Source: Microcystaceae cyanobacterium (GTDB taxonomy: Bacteria > Cyanobacteriota > Cyanobacteriia > Cyanobacteriales > Microcystaceae). Taken from it: 10,159 nucleotides of DNA. The stretch lies in NCBI GenBank assembly GCA_041746575.1, contig JBGTGT010000068.1:1-10159 (forward strand), in the 5' to 3' direction. The notes under the pieces were generated by a model that searched no databases, had not been told where the DNA came from, and saw only the letters and a program-made list of their open reading frames with translations. Shown piece by piece: positions 1 to 8,363 of this stretch. The number at the start of each line of letters is the position of its first letter. The first letter of the stretch is position 1. The position numbers and the translations under genes were made by a program.

Positions 1-138
1 CATCTGTTCTTAATCAAGGAGTGCAAGGTTTTATTCCTAATTTTAGCGGGTTTCCGTCCAATTCGACGGCTTTTTTTCGGCACCTAATTTCTCTGTAACC
101 TTAACTGTATCTGGGGTTTTTCCTTCATCAGCAAACCC
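1..138 (-). mobile_element. Probable terminal segment (left end with inverted repeat) of a second insertion sequence, possibly IS5-like, whose transposase would start at the CAT at 1-3 and run off the window
   Basis: The minus strand begins GGGTTTGCTGATGAA at 138, next to a TA at 139-140. This resembles my recollection of GGGTTTGCTGA-type termini of cyanobacterial IS/MITEs (not verified). The segment ends in ...AAGAACAG-ATG at the window edge. The partner IR and transposase are not visible. Confidence 0.5.
54..77 (+). terminator. Intrinsic terminator-like hairpin
   Basis: CCGTC (54-58) and GACGG (65-69) form a 5-bp stem with a 6-nt loop, followed by C and T7 (71-77). Confidence 0.4.
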
Positions 139-140
139 TA

Positions 141-156
141 TATAGTTGTTTGAGGT
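141..156 (+). promoter_or_regulatory. Putative -10 box and ribosome-binding site for tnpB
   Basis: TATAGT at 141-146, and GAGGT at 152-156, 9 nt before the ATG at 166. Confidence 0.4.
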
Positions 157-165
157 CGATAAACA

Positions 166-1356
166 ATGATTGTCTTAGAAATGAAGGCGGTAGTCAAGCG
201 ATATCAGCGAGATGCTATTGATGATGCTATCAGAACCGTGCAATTCATCCGAAATAAAGCTTTAAGACTTTGGATGGATGGTAGTAGAGAGGATAAGATT
301 GATAAATATGCTCTCAATAAACACTGTGCGGTATTAGCTAAAGAGTATGTTTTTGCGTCGGAGTTAAACTCAACAGCAAGACAGGCATCTGCTGAACGTG
401 CTTGGGCTGCTATTTCTCGTTTCTATGATAATTGTAAGAAGAAAGTTAAAGGAAAGAAAGGGTTTCCTAAGTTCCAGAAAAATAATCGTTCCGTTGAATA
501 TAAACAATCAGGATGGAAATTATCTGATGATAGAAAAAAGATAACTTTTACTGACAAAAAAGGTATGGGAACGATTAAGTTAAAAGGAACTAGAGACTTA
601 AACTTTTACCCTATCGACTCAATTAAACGAGTTAGATTGGTACGTCGTGCCGATGGTTACTATGTTCAATTTTGTATCAGTGTTGATATTAGGGAATATG
701 CTAAACCATTAGAACCTACCAAACATTGTGTAGGAATTGATGTGGGGTTAAAAGTTTTCTATGCTGATAGTGATGGTAAAATAGTAGAAATACCTCAACA
801 CTATCGTAAAGCAGAAAAACGATTAAACCGACTTAATCGACGTAAATCTAAGAAGTTTCGTAAGGGACAGAAACAATCAAACAACTATAAGAAAGCTAGA
901 CAAAAGTACGCTTTAAAGCATTTAAGAGTAAGTAGGCAACGTAAGGGCTTTGTCCAGAGAGAGGCATTGCACGTAATCCAATCTAGCGATTTGGTAGCCT
1001 ATGAAGACTTAAATGTAAAAGGTCTAGTTAAATCTAAATTAGCTAAAAGTATTAATGATGCTGCTTGGTCAACTTTCCGAGAATGGTTAGAGTATTTTGG
1101 GTTTAAATATGGGAAGGTAACTGTTGCTGTACCTCCTCATAACACGTCTCAAAACTGTTCTAACTGCGGGGAGAAAGTTAAGAAGTCTCTATCAACTAGA
1201 ACTCATAAATGTCCACATTGTGGATATGTTGAAGATAGAGATATTAATGCGGCAGTTAATATTTTGAAACTAGGATTAAGTACCGTAGGGCATACGGGAT
1301 CTAAAGCTTGGGGAGATTTGCACGAATTGCTTGGTTGGAGAAATCCTGCCGAGTAA
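166..1356 (+). CDS. tnpB: RNA-guided endonuclease TnpB (IS200/IS605 family, InsQ/TnpB)
   Basis: 396 aa, Lys/Arg-rich. Contains GFPKF, RuvC-I GIDVG, RuvC-II AYEDL, Zn ribbon CSNC...CPHC, RuvC-III DRDINAA and a C-terminal STVGHTG tail. All three catalytic acidic residues are present. Confidence 0.96.
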   Translation: MIVLEMKAVVKRYQRDAIDDAIRTVQFIRNKALRLWMDGSREDKIDKYALNKHCAVLAKEYVFASELNSTARQASAERAWAAISRFYDNCKKKVKGKKGFPKFQKNNRSVEYKQSGWKLSDDRKKITFTDKKGMGTIKLKGTRDLNFYPIDSIKRVRLVRRADGYYVQFCISVDIREYAKPLEPTKHCVGIDVGLKVFYADSDGKIVEIPQHYRKAEKRLNRLNRRKSKKFRKGQKQSNNYKKARQKYALKHLRVSRQRKGFVQREALHVIQSSDLVAYEDLNVKGLVKSKLAKSINDAAWSTFREWLEYFGFKYGKVTVAVPPHNTSQNCSNCGEKVKKSLSTRTHKCPHCGYVEDRDINAAVNILKLGLSTVGHTGSKAWGDLHELLGWRNPAE

Positions 1357-1421
1357 TGGCGAGTCTGTGAACTAAGAATCCCCGCTTTAGCGGTGGGAGT
1401 GTCAAAATTGGTAGAGACTTT
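1270..1421 (+). ncRNA. Predicted omega-RNA (reRNA): scaffold overlapping the tnpB 3' end plus a ~16-nt guide from flanking DNA
   Basis: Stems seen: CCGTA/TACGG (1283-1297); a long stem 1327-1356 closed by a GAAA tetraloop (1340-1343) with several G-U pairs that only work on the + strand; outer stem AGATTTGC/GCGAGTCT (1314-1321/1359-1366); right-end hairpin 1379-1398. Guide predicted from 1406: AATTGGTAGAGACTTT. The 5' end and guide length are estimates by analogy with characterised TnpB systems. Confidence 0.7.
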
Positions 1422-2352
1422 CTAGAGAAAATGAGGAATCTACCCAACGATAGTAGGAGGGATAAACAGGGAGACGAGGCGTTAATTGCCATCCTGAATT
1501 TTTTATCAAATCCCTTAAGGTTTGGGTATGTAAATGGGGATAATCGGGGTTAACTTCATCTTTAGGACTAAGGCCACCTAAATCCCTTGCCCCTGCCTCT
1601 AAACAGGCAAGTAAAATTTCAGTAGTGGGAATTAAGTTGGGGGGGATTTGAATGACAATCTCTGGGGGTAAAATTGCCCTTGCTTTGTGAATAAAATTTG
1701 GCAATTGATGAATATCAAAAGACACAAAACGTTCTAATTGTTGTGTACCTAAACGATGGGGTTGAATAATCACTTCTTGAATATGTTGCCATTTTTGCTG
1801 AAGGGTAGCAATGGCTTCTAACGTGTCTAAGCGATCGCTTTCTGTTTCTCCAATACCTAATAATAATCCTGTCGTAAAGGGGATGTTTAATTGTCCAGCT
1901 TGTTCTAGTTGTTGTAAACGCAATTTAGGAGTTTTATAGGGGGCATATTGATGAACAGTTTCTAAGAGTTTAGGCGTAATTTGTTCTAGCATTAATCCCA
2001 TCGAAACATTGACCGTTTTAAGTCGTTGCATTTCTGCAAAAGTTAGCCATCCGACATTACTATGGGGATAAAATCCTTTGTTTTTTGCTAACTCACACAA
2101 TTGATAAATATGTTCAAACCAAGCTGGGCGACGGGTGGATTGAGGATGAACTTCTCCACTGAGTATTAAAATTTCTGTCACCTTTTGCGATTGAAGAGAA
2201 TCTAGAATTTGGCTTGCTTCTGTTAAGCTTAACCAAGTATCTTTTTGAGGGTCTTTTCTGAAGTTACAATAAGTACAATGATTGAAGCATTCATAAGTCG
2301 GAACAATCGTATAAGCAGAACTATAAGTAATTAATCGATCTGAAAAAAACAT
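1402..2352 (-). CDS. cofG: 7,8-didemethyl-8-hydroxy-5-deazariboflavin (FO) synthase subunit CofG, radical SAM
   Basis: ITYS-x-AYTIVPTYEC start with the CxxxCxxC motif (CFNHCTYC), plus SMGLMLE, IPFTTGLLLGIGET, HIQEVIIQ, QIPPNL, DLGG-x-SPKDEVNPDYP and RLPVYP. Confidence 0.93.
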   Translation of the reverse strand: MFFSDRLITYSSAYTIVPTYECFNHCTYCNFRKDPQKDTWLSLTEASQILDSLQSQKVTEILILSGEVHPQSTRRPAWFEHIYQLCELAKNKGFYPHSNVGWLTFAEMQRLKTVNVSMGLMLEQITPKLLETVHQYAPYKTPKLRLQQLEQAGQLNIPFTTGLLLGIGETESDRLDTLEAIATLQQKWQHIQEVIIQPHRLGTQQLERFVSFDIHQLPNFIHKARAILPPEIVIQIPPNLIPTTEILLACLEAGARDLGGLSPKDEVNPDYPHLHTQTLRDLIKNSGWQLTPRLPVYPSYYRWVDSSFSLESLYQF

Positions 2353-2515
2353 TTAAAAATTGTGAATAAAAGTGATTTATCTTATTTATTTTAATCGATT
2401 TTAGTAACGACTCAAGTTTTTTATACAATCATCCTTTTGATAAGTTGAATAAAGAAGAGAAATTTGATATGTTATAAGAAATTAAAGCTTAACTTAGCAT
2501 TAATGAGCATTTACC

Positions 2516-3010
2516 ATGAACAATCACATTCTAAGCTTAGAAAAAGCGACTTTTGGAGCAGGGTGTTTCTGGAAAGTAGAAGAGGCTTTTTTCGGTATAA
2601 AAGGGGTTATTTCAACTTCTGTGGGCTATATGGGGGGAAATTTCCCGAATCCCAGTTATCTGGATGTTTTAGCAAGAATTACGGGTCATGCCGAGGTTGC
2701 TCAAATTGAGTATAATACTCAGCAAATTGAGTATGATCAATTATTAGATATTTTTTGGTCAATTCATGATCCTACCCAACTTAATCGACAGGGTGCTGAT
2801 AAAGGGGAACAATATCGATCGGTGATTTTTTATCATACCCCCTTACAGGAAAAACAGGCTCGACAATCGAAGCAAAAACAGCAACATTCTGGTCAATATC
2901 AGCAAGAAATTGTGACTCAAATCTGTCCTGCTTTATCCTATTATTTAGCGGACGAATCCCATCAGCATTATCTAGCAAAACAACCTCAAAAAACTTTCAC
3001 TTTAAATTAG
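2516..3010 (+). CDS. msrA: Peptide-methionine (S)-S-oxide reductase MsrA
   Basis: ATFGAGCFW active site, VGYMGG, TGHAEV, HDPTQLNRQG-x-D-x-GEQYRSVIF and YYLA-x-E-x-HQ-x-Y. Confidence 0.95.
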   Translation: MNNHILSLEKATFGAGCFWKVEEAFFGIKGVISTSVGYMGGNFPNPSYLDVLARITGHAEVAQIEYNTQQIEYDQLLDIFWSIHDPTQLNRQGADKGEQYRSVIFYHTPLQEKQARQSKQKQQHSGQYQQEIVTQICPALSYYLADESHQHYLAKQPQKTFTLN

Positions 3011-3021
3011 GAGACATCACA

Positions 3022-3957
3022 ATGGCAACGGGAATGATGATCGAGGGAAAATGGACTAACGAAGCTTACCAAAAAGACAATAAGGGAAGATTTTTGCGAA
3101 ATCCAACGACTTTCCGCCACTTTATTAAAGCGGATGGTGCAACGGCATTTACACCAGAAGCGAATCGTTATCATTTATATATTTCTTATGCGTGTCCTTG
3201 GGCCCATCGTACTCTCATTATGCGCCAATTGAAAGGCTTAGAGGATGTTATTAGTATCTCTATTGTTGATCCGATTATGAAGGAGGATGGATGGTATTTT
3301 TCAGACTATGCAGGTTCGATTCCCGATACCCTTAATCAAGCAAGCTGTCTGAGAGAAATTTACGCAAAAGCGGACTCTAATTATACAGGCAGAGTAACGG
3401 TTCCTGTTTTATGGGATAAGAAAACTCAAGCGATTGTTAACAATGAATCTAAAGAAATTATGCGAATGTTTGATGTTGAGTTTAACGACTTAGCAACTCA
3501 AACTAATCATTTTTATCCTGATAATTTACAACCTTTAATTGATCAAACCATTGCCCAAATTTATCAACCTATTAATAATGGAGTTTATCGAGCTGGTTTT
3601 GCGACAACACAAGAAGCTTATGAAGAAGGAATTGAGGCTTTATTTTCTGCTTTAGATCATTGGGAAAAGGTATTGGAAAAACAACTGTATTTGTGTGGTG
3701 ATGTCATTACAGAAGCAGATTGGTGTATGTTTACCACTTTAATTCGCTTTGATGTCGTTTATTATGTCCATTTTAAATGCAACTTGCGTCATATTTGGGA
3801 CTATCCTAATCTTTGGCAATACTTAAAGACACTTTATCACTATCAAGGGGTTAAAGATACCTGTAATTTTGACCATATTAAACGACATTATTATATGAGT
3901 CATCCCCATATTAATCCTAGTGGAATTGTTCCTAAGGGCCCTGAGATTAATTATTAA
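3022..3957 (+). CDS. Xi-class glutathione transferase / glutathionyl-hydroquinone reductase (YqjG/ECM4-like)
   Basis: RYHLYISYACPWAHR (CPWA catalytic motif), YTGRVTVPVLWDKK, IVNNES, INNGVYRAGFA, RFDVVY and INPSGIVPKGP. A GGAGA RBS overlaps the msrA stop; the gap is 11 bp. Confidence 0.93.
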   Translation: MATGMMIEGKWTNEAYQKDNKGRFLRNPTTFRHFIKADGATAFTPEANRYHLYISYACPWAHRTLIMRQLKGLEDVISISIVDPIMKEDGWYFSDYAGSIPDTLNQASCLREIYAKADSNYTGRVTVPVLWDKKTQAIVNNESKEIMRMFDVEFNDLATQTNHFYPDNLQPLIDQTIAQIYQPINNGVYRAGFATTQEAYEEGIEALFSALDHWEKVLEKQLYLCGDVITEADWCMFTTLIRFDVVYYVHFKCNLRHIWDYPNLWQYLKTLYHYQGVKDTCNFDHIKRHYYMSHPHINPSGIVPKGPEINY

Positions 3958-4124
3958 TCATAATGTTCCTCTATTCTCAATACTTCGTAATTGGAGACAG
4001 GTATGGGCATTTTAGGACTTTTACGCACTAAAATATATGACTTCCTTTCTGGGAATGGACAAAAAAATTAATTTTAGCCAACTAAGTTAATTCTAAGAGA
4101 GTTAAAAGTAACATGATTAATTTA

Positions 4125-5162
4125 CTAAGTATAGCTTAATGTTTGATTACCTTCAATAATATGACCAATATGATAAGCGTTAATGCCTTGAGAGATAAAC
4201 CAATCTAAGGTCATTTCTTTTTGCTCTGGGGGAACAATCACAACATAGCCGATTCCTAAGTTAAAGGTTTCTAACATTGCGGTATCAGACACATTACCCG
4301 TGGTTTGTATCCAGCGAAAAACAGGCAATATTTCCCATGATTTAGGATATAATTGAACGGATTGATTTGGCTTTAAACAACGGGGTAAATTCTCAGGTAA
4401 TCCGCCTCCTGTAATATGCGCCATTCCGTGAATTTCTAACCCTAATTTAATCCCTTCTAAGACAGGTTTAACATAAATTTGAGTAGGCGTTAAAAGAGTT
4501 TCTCCTAAGCTTTTATGCCCTAATACATTAGGACAATCTTCCCATTTTAAACCTTGATTTTCGACGATTTTTCGGACTAAACTAAAACCATTACTATGCA
4601 CGCCGCTACTTGCTAAAGCGATCGCTACATCTCCTAATTCAACCTGAGATCCATCCAATAAACGGGATTTTTCGACAATTCCTACACAAAATCCTGCCAC
4701 ATCATACTCTCCTGCTCCGTAAAAACCCGGCATTTCAGCCGTTTCTCCTCCTAATAAACTACACCCACTTTGACGACATCCTTCGACGATTCCTGTAACA
4801 ACTTCCGCCAATTGTTGAGTTTTTAAGCGTCCTGTCGCTAAATAATCGAGGAAAAACAAGGGTTCTGCGCCAGAGGTTAAAATATCATTGACGCACATAG
4901 CAACAAGGTCAATTCCGATGGTATCATGGCAGTTCATGGCTTGTGCAATTTTGAGCTTAGTGCCTACGCCATCTGTACCTGAGACTAAAACGGGTTCCTT
5001 ATAACCAGCAGGAAGTTGAAAACAGCCACCAAAGCCACCTAATCCGCCTAAAACTTCTGGTCTGAAGGTACTTTCAACTTTTTTTCTGATTTTCTCCACA
5101 AAATCCCGACCCGCCTCTACGTCAACCCCTGCTTCCTTGTAATCCATACTTTTTAATGCCAT
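4125..5162 (-). CDS. purM: Phosphoribosylformylglycinamidine cyclo-ligase (AIR synthetase)
   Basis: [60 protein letters not shown] and AHITGGG. The true start may be the second Met (MDYKEAG). Confidence 0.98.
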   Translation of the reverse strand: MALKSMDYKEAGVDVEAGRDFVEKIRKKVESTFRPEVLGGLGGFGGCFQLPAGYKEPVLVSGTDGVGTKLKIAQAMNCHDTIGIDLVAMCVNDILTSGAEPLFFLDYLATGRLKTQQLAEVVTGIVEGCRQSGCSLLGGETAEMPGFYGAGEYDVAGFCVGIVEKSRLLDGSQVELGDVAIALASSGVHSNGFSLVRKIVENQGLKWEDCPNVLGHKSLGETLLTPTQIYVKPVLEGIKLGLEIHGMAHITGGGLPENLPRCLKPNQSVQLYPKSWEILPVFRWIQTTGNVSDTAMLETFNLGIGYVVIVPPEQKEMTLDWFISQGINAYHIGHIIEGNQTLSYT

Positions 5163-5267
5163 TAAAATATTACTGGCTTATTTTATTATGTTTTCTGATC
5201 ATGAAAAACGAAATGCAGAAGAACCCCTAATCAACGCTACTGCTCATCAATTATGCCCAATTTTAGT

Positions 5268-6383
5268 CTAACTTTCTTCTTCAAATAATGATAATTGTTC
5301 TTCTGGGGAGGAAGCAATATTCAGATGACGATAGGCTGCCTTTGTCACGATTCTACCCCTTGGTGTGCGATTCAAAAAGCCAATTTGCAGCAAATAGGGT
5401 TCATAGACATCCTCAATCGTTTTGCTGTCTTCGCCGGTGGATGCCGCTATTGCCTCTAATCCTACCGGCCCTCCTTGAAAGTGTTCTATCATGGTTTCTA
5501 GAATGAGTCTATCTGTCCAATCTAAACCTCTTTCATCCACGTTGTAAATATTTAAAGCTTCAATCGCTAATTGGTCATCAATTATGTCAATTTCTTCAAC
5601 TTGTGCATAATCTCTCACCCTTCTTAGCAAGCGGTTAGCAATACGGGGTGTTCCTCGTGACCGTTCAGCGATCGCTGTTGCCCCCGATAGGGTAACCTGA
5701 ACATTAAGGATCTTGGCCGTCCGTTGCACAATTAACGTGAGTTCATCTGTTTCATAAAAGCGCAAGCGTTGAATGAGTCCAAAGCGATCCCGTAGAGGGG
5801 ACGTTAATGAACCGATTTTGGTCGTTGCACCGATTAAAGTAAACTTAGGGAGAGGAATACTGCGAATTCTTGCCGATTTTCCCTTGCCAACGGTAATATC
5901 CAGACGATAATCCTCCATCGCCGGATAAAGTAATTCTTCTGCCATGCGATTTAAGCGATGAATTTCGTCAATAAAAAGAATATCTCCTTCTCTTAAGTTA
6001 ATTAATAAGCCAGTAATGTCTCTCGGTCGTTCTAAAGCAGGCGCAGCGGTTATTTTACAGTTTACTCCCATTTCTGATGCTAAAATCAAAGACATAGTCG
6101 TTTTTCCTAAACCGGGAGGACCATAGAATAATAAATGTTCTAAAGCATCTCCTCTAGATTTAGCGGCATTAATGGCAATTTGCAAGACCATTTTTAGGTC
6201 TTTTTGTCCGATGTATTCTTGTAAAGATTGAGGTCGTAACGAGTCTTCTTGGTGATCTTTTGGATCTTCAGGTAAAGAATCTGGAGTTAATAATTCAGAC
6301 TGAGGTTGAGGCAGTTTTGCTTGATTTGTGGGGGAACGTTGAGACGGAAAAGGGTTATCTGAAGAAGATCGTTTAATCGCCAT
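5268..6383 (-). CDS. ruvB: Holliday junction branch migration helicase RuvB
   Basis: SLRP-x-x-L-x-EYIGQ, Walker A GPPGLGKT, Walker [50 protein letters not shown] and RTPRGR. Confidence 0.98.
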   Translation of the reverse strand: MAIKRSSSDNPFPSQRSPTNQAKLPQPQSELLTPDSLPEDPKDHQEDSLRPQSLQEYIGQKDLKMVLQIAINAAKSRGDALEHLLFYGPPGLGKTTMSLILASEMGVNCKITAAPALERPRDITGLLINLREGDILFIDEIHRLNRMAEELLYPAMEDYRLDITVGKGKSARIRSIPLPKFTLIGATTKIGSLTSPLRDRFGLIQRLRFYETDELTLIVQRTAKILNVQVTLSGATAIAERSRGTPRIANRLLRRVRDYAQVEEIDIIDDQLAIEALNIYNVDERGLDWTDRLILETMIEHFQGGPVGLEAIAASTGEDSKTIEDVYEPYLLQIGFLNRTPRGRIVTKAAYRHLNIASSPEEQLSLFEEES

Positions 6384-6415
6384 TGTTAAGCAAAGATAGT
6401 CTGATTATCTACTCT

Positions 6416-7255
6416 CTATATTAACGTAATGAGGGTCAATTCAGGTGGACAAAATAAGCGTCCGGGGAAATAACTACCCAGTCCTCGATTAACATACAAA
6501 AAATTATCTCCAACAGAATGTAAACCCTGTGACCATTGCCATTTTTTAATAACATAAGCGCATTCTCGCCATAGGGGAATATAAGGATGTAAAAATTTTG
6601 GCACATAGGGACGCAGTTGATCAATAATCATGGGAACAGCACCAATTCCGGGGATCACAATTTGGCCTCCATGAGTATGACCTGATAATTGTAAATCCAC
6701 TCGCCATTGTTGTAAGATTTCCGCAGAATCGGGATTATGCGATAGGACTAATCGAGGAATTTGAGGATCAATTGATGAGAGTAATGGTTCAGGGTTAAAT
6801 GCTTTTGACCAATAATCTGCTAAACCAATAATCGGCAATTCTTCACCCAAAGGCATAGCGATCGCATTCCATAAAACCGTTATGTTAATACTATTTAAAG
6901 CTTCTGTGACGATTTGTTTGCCTAAAGGATGATAGAGATCATGATTGCCTAAAATAGCATAAGTACCAAGACGACTTTTTAATAATTTTAAGGATTGAAT
7001 AAGTGGGTAAATGGGTTGAGGACGATAGGTGATATAGTCGCCGGTTAAGATAATTAAATCTGGATTTTCTTGTCGCGTAATCTGAATTACATCGTCTAGG
7101 ATGTTTTGGGATAAATGGACACCATCGCAATGAAAATCAGATAATTGAATGAGTTTTATTCCTTTCAAAGATGGTGATAAATTCTTAAGGTGAATATTAA
7201 CTCTTTCAACTTGCAACGGTTCATAAAAAATAGGACGAATATGAGTTAAAGACAT
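6416..7255 (-). CDS. Calcineurin-like metallophosphoesterase (YkuE/YaeI-like)
   Basis: Five MPP motifs: SDFH, TGDY, LGNHD, SHNPD and SGHTHGGQ, plus LYVNRGLG and R-x-x-CPPE. Substrate unknown. Confidence 0.9.
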   Translation of the reverse strand: MSLTHIRPIFYEPLQVERVNIHLKNLSPSLKGIKLIQLSDFHCDGVHLSQNILDDVIQITRQENPDLIILTGDYITYRPQPIYPLIQSLKLLKSRLGTYAILGNHDLYHPLGKQIVTEALNSINITVLWNAIAMPLGEELPIIGLADYWSKAFNPEPLLSSIDPQIPRLVLSHNPDSAEILQQWRVDLQLSGHTHGGQIVIPGIGAVPMIIDQLRPYVPKFLHPYIPLWRECAYVIKKWQWSQGLHSVGDNFLYVNRGLGSYFPGRLFCPPELTLITLI

Positions 7256-7469
7256 ATTATAATTCGATTAGGGTTAAGAATAAATGGGTGGAAGGAAAGT
7301 CCATAGTTTTGGGGCAAGTATAATTAACTTCAAAAAAAGTTTTTATACAAGAAGTCACCCGAAAGTATTCTAACTCAAATGCCTGTATTATAGCCGATAC
7401 AGATGAAACAATCGGCTCTGAAAAATAAAACATTTAACAGATTTTTGAAGCAGTTATTTTGATTAACCC

Positions 7470-8315
7470 TTATCCTTTAACTGCACCTGCCGTTAACCCA
7501 GCGATTATTTTACGCTGGAAAAAGAGAACTAAAAGCATTAAAGGAAAGGTCGCCGCTATCGTAGCCGCCGCGATCGCACCGTAAGGAATATCAAAGACAA
7601 AAGATCCCCCAATTTGGGCTGTTGCAACAGGAATAGTTTTTAACGCATCACGGGTAATAAAAGTTAAGGCAAAGATATATTCATTCCAAGCAAAAATAAA
7701 GGTTAAAATACCCGTTGTGACTAAGGCCGGAATTGTCATCGGCAGTAAAATATACCACAACATTGATAAGATACTATATCCATCGACCCTCGCTGAATCT
7801 TCGATATCTTTAGGTAACTTTTGAAAAAAACTTCGCATCACCAAAATAGTTAAAGGTAAATTAATCGCTGTATAAGGAATGATTAAAGCCAAATAATTAT
7901 TGCCTAATTCTAGTGCTTTTACTCCTTCCAATAACCCCAGAAATAACAATACATAAGGAAAAAGAGTAACAACTGAAATGGATGCTAAAATAAGAATCTC
8001 TCCCTTCAATTTTAATCGAGCTAAAACGTAGGCCGCCGGTGAGCCAATAACCAGACAGAGCAAGGTTGAAATAAAAGCAACGAAGGCACTATTAAGAAGG
8101 TAGCGAAAAAAAGGACGACGAGCAAAAATTTCTAGGTAATGACTTAGGGTAAAACGTTTAGGAAAATAAACTGTTGGAATCGCAGAAATATCAGCATTCA
8201 CTTTAACAGAAGTCAAGACTTGCCAAAGAATTGGTGCTAGACAAAAAAGCAAAATCAAAACAATTCCAAGCCCTAAAATCAGAGACTTAAAATTAAGGTG
8301 TTTAAATAAGGTCAT
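7470..8315 (-). CDS. Carbohydrate ABC transporter permease (MalG-like)
   Basis: Multiple hydrophobic segments, YLLNS, EAA-loop variant LPKDIEDSARVDG, FIFAWNEY and QRKIIAGLTAGAVKG C-terminus. Confidence 0.93.
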   Translation of the reverse strand: MTLFKHLNFKSLILGLGIVLILLFCLAPILWQVLTSVKVNADISAIPTVYFPKRFTLSHYLEIFARRPFFRYLLNSAFVAFISTLLCLVIGSPAAYVLARLKLKGEILILASISVVTLFPYVLLFLGLLEGVKALELGNNYLALIIPYTAINLPLTILVMRSFFQKLPKDIEDSARVDGYSILSMLWYILLPMTIPALVTTGILTFIFAWNEYIFALTFITRDALKTIPVATAQIGGSFVFDIPYGAIAAATIAATFPLMLLVLFFQRKIIAGLTAGAVKG

Positions 8316-8363
8316 GATGATACTCGATATAATATAGACAAAGCTATTTGTTTTTTCATTGGA

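Larger units (their letters stand above)
139..1405 (+). mobile_element. IS200/IS605-family element (tnpB-bearing part; left end not visible or interrupted)
   Basis: tnpB ORF, subterminal hairpin TCCCCGC-TTTA-GCGGTGGGA (1379-1398) and terminal TCAA (1402-1405), the right-end tetranucleotide known from IS608. No HIP1 octamers occur inside it. The left boundary is uncertain. Confidence 0.8.
1831..7577. repeat. HIP1 octamers (GCGATCGC), dispersed, 5 copies
   Basis: Exact matches at 1831-1838, 4618-4625, 5668-5675, 6858-6865 and 7570-7577. HIP1 is a hallmark of many cyanobacterial genomes. Confidence 0.9.

Noticed and set aside
166..1356. TnpB as a Cas12f/CRISPR effector or a nuclease-dead TldR regulator
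   Set aside because: No CRISPR array is present in the window, the RuvC catalytic residues are intact, and a normal IS right end follows.
1301..1492. 63-aa minus-strand ORF across the IS right end
   Set aside because: It overlaps cofG in another frame and the omega-RNA region, and has no recognisable motif; likely a shadow ORF.
2464..2978. ORFs 2464-2709 (+) and 2781-2978 (-)
   Set aside because: Both overlap the well-supported msrA and have no motifs.
4066..4092. AT-rich inverted repeat between the convergent GST and purM genes
   Set aside because: The stem is almost all A-T with a bulge; too weak to call a terminator.
5268..6383. ruvB without adjacent ruvA/ruvC, and cofG without cofH
   Set aside because: Dispersed pathway genes are normal in cyanobacteria.
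8230..8243. Partial match to the predicted TnpB guide (AATTGGT)
   Set aside because: Only about 7 nt match, as expected by chance; I found no second full target in the window.
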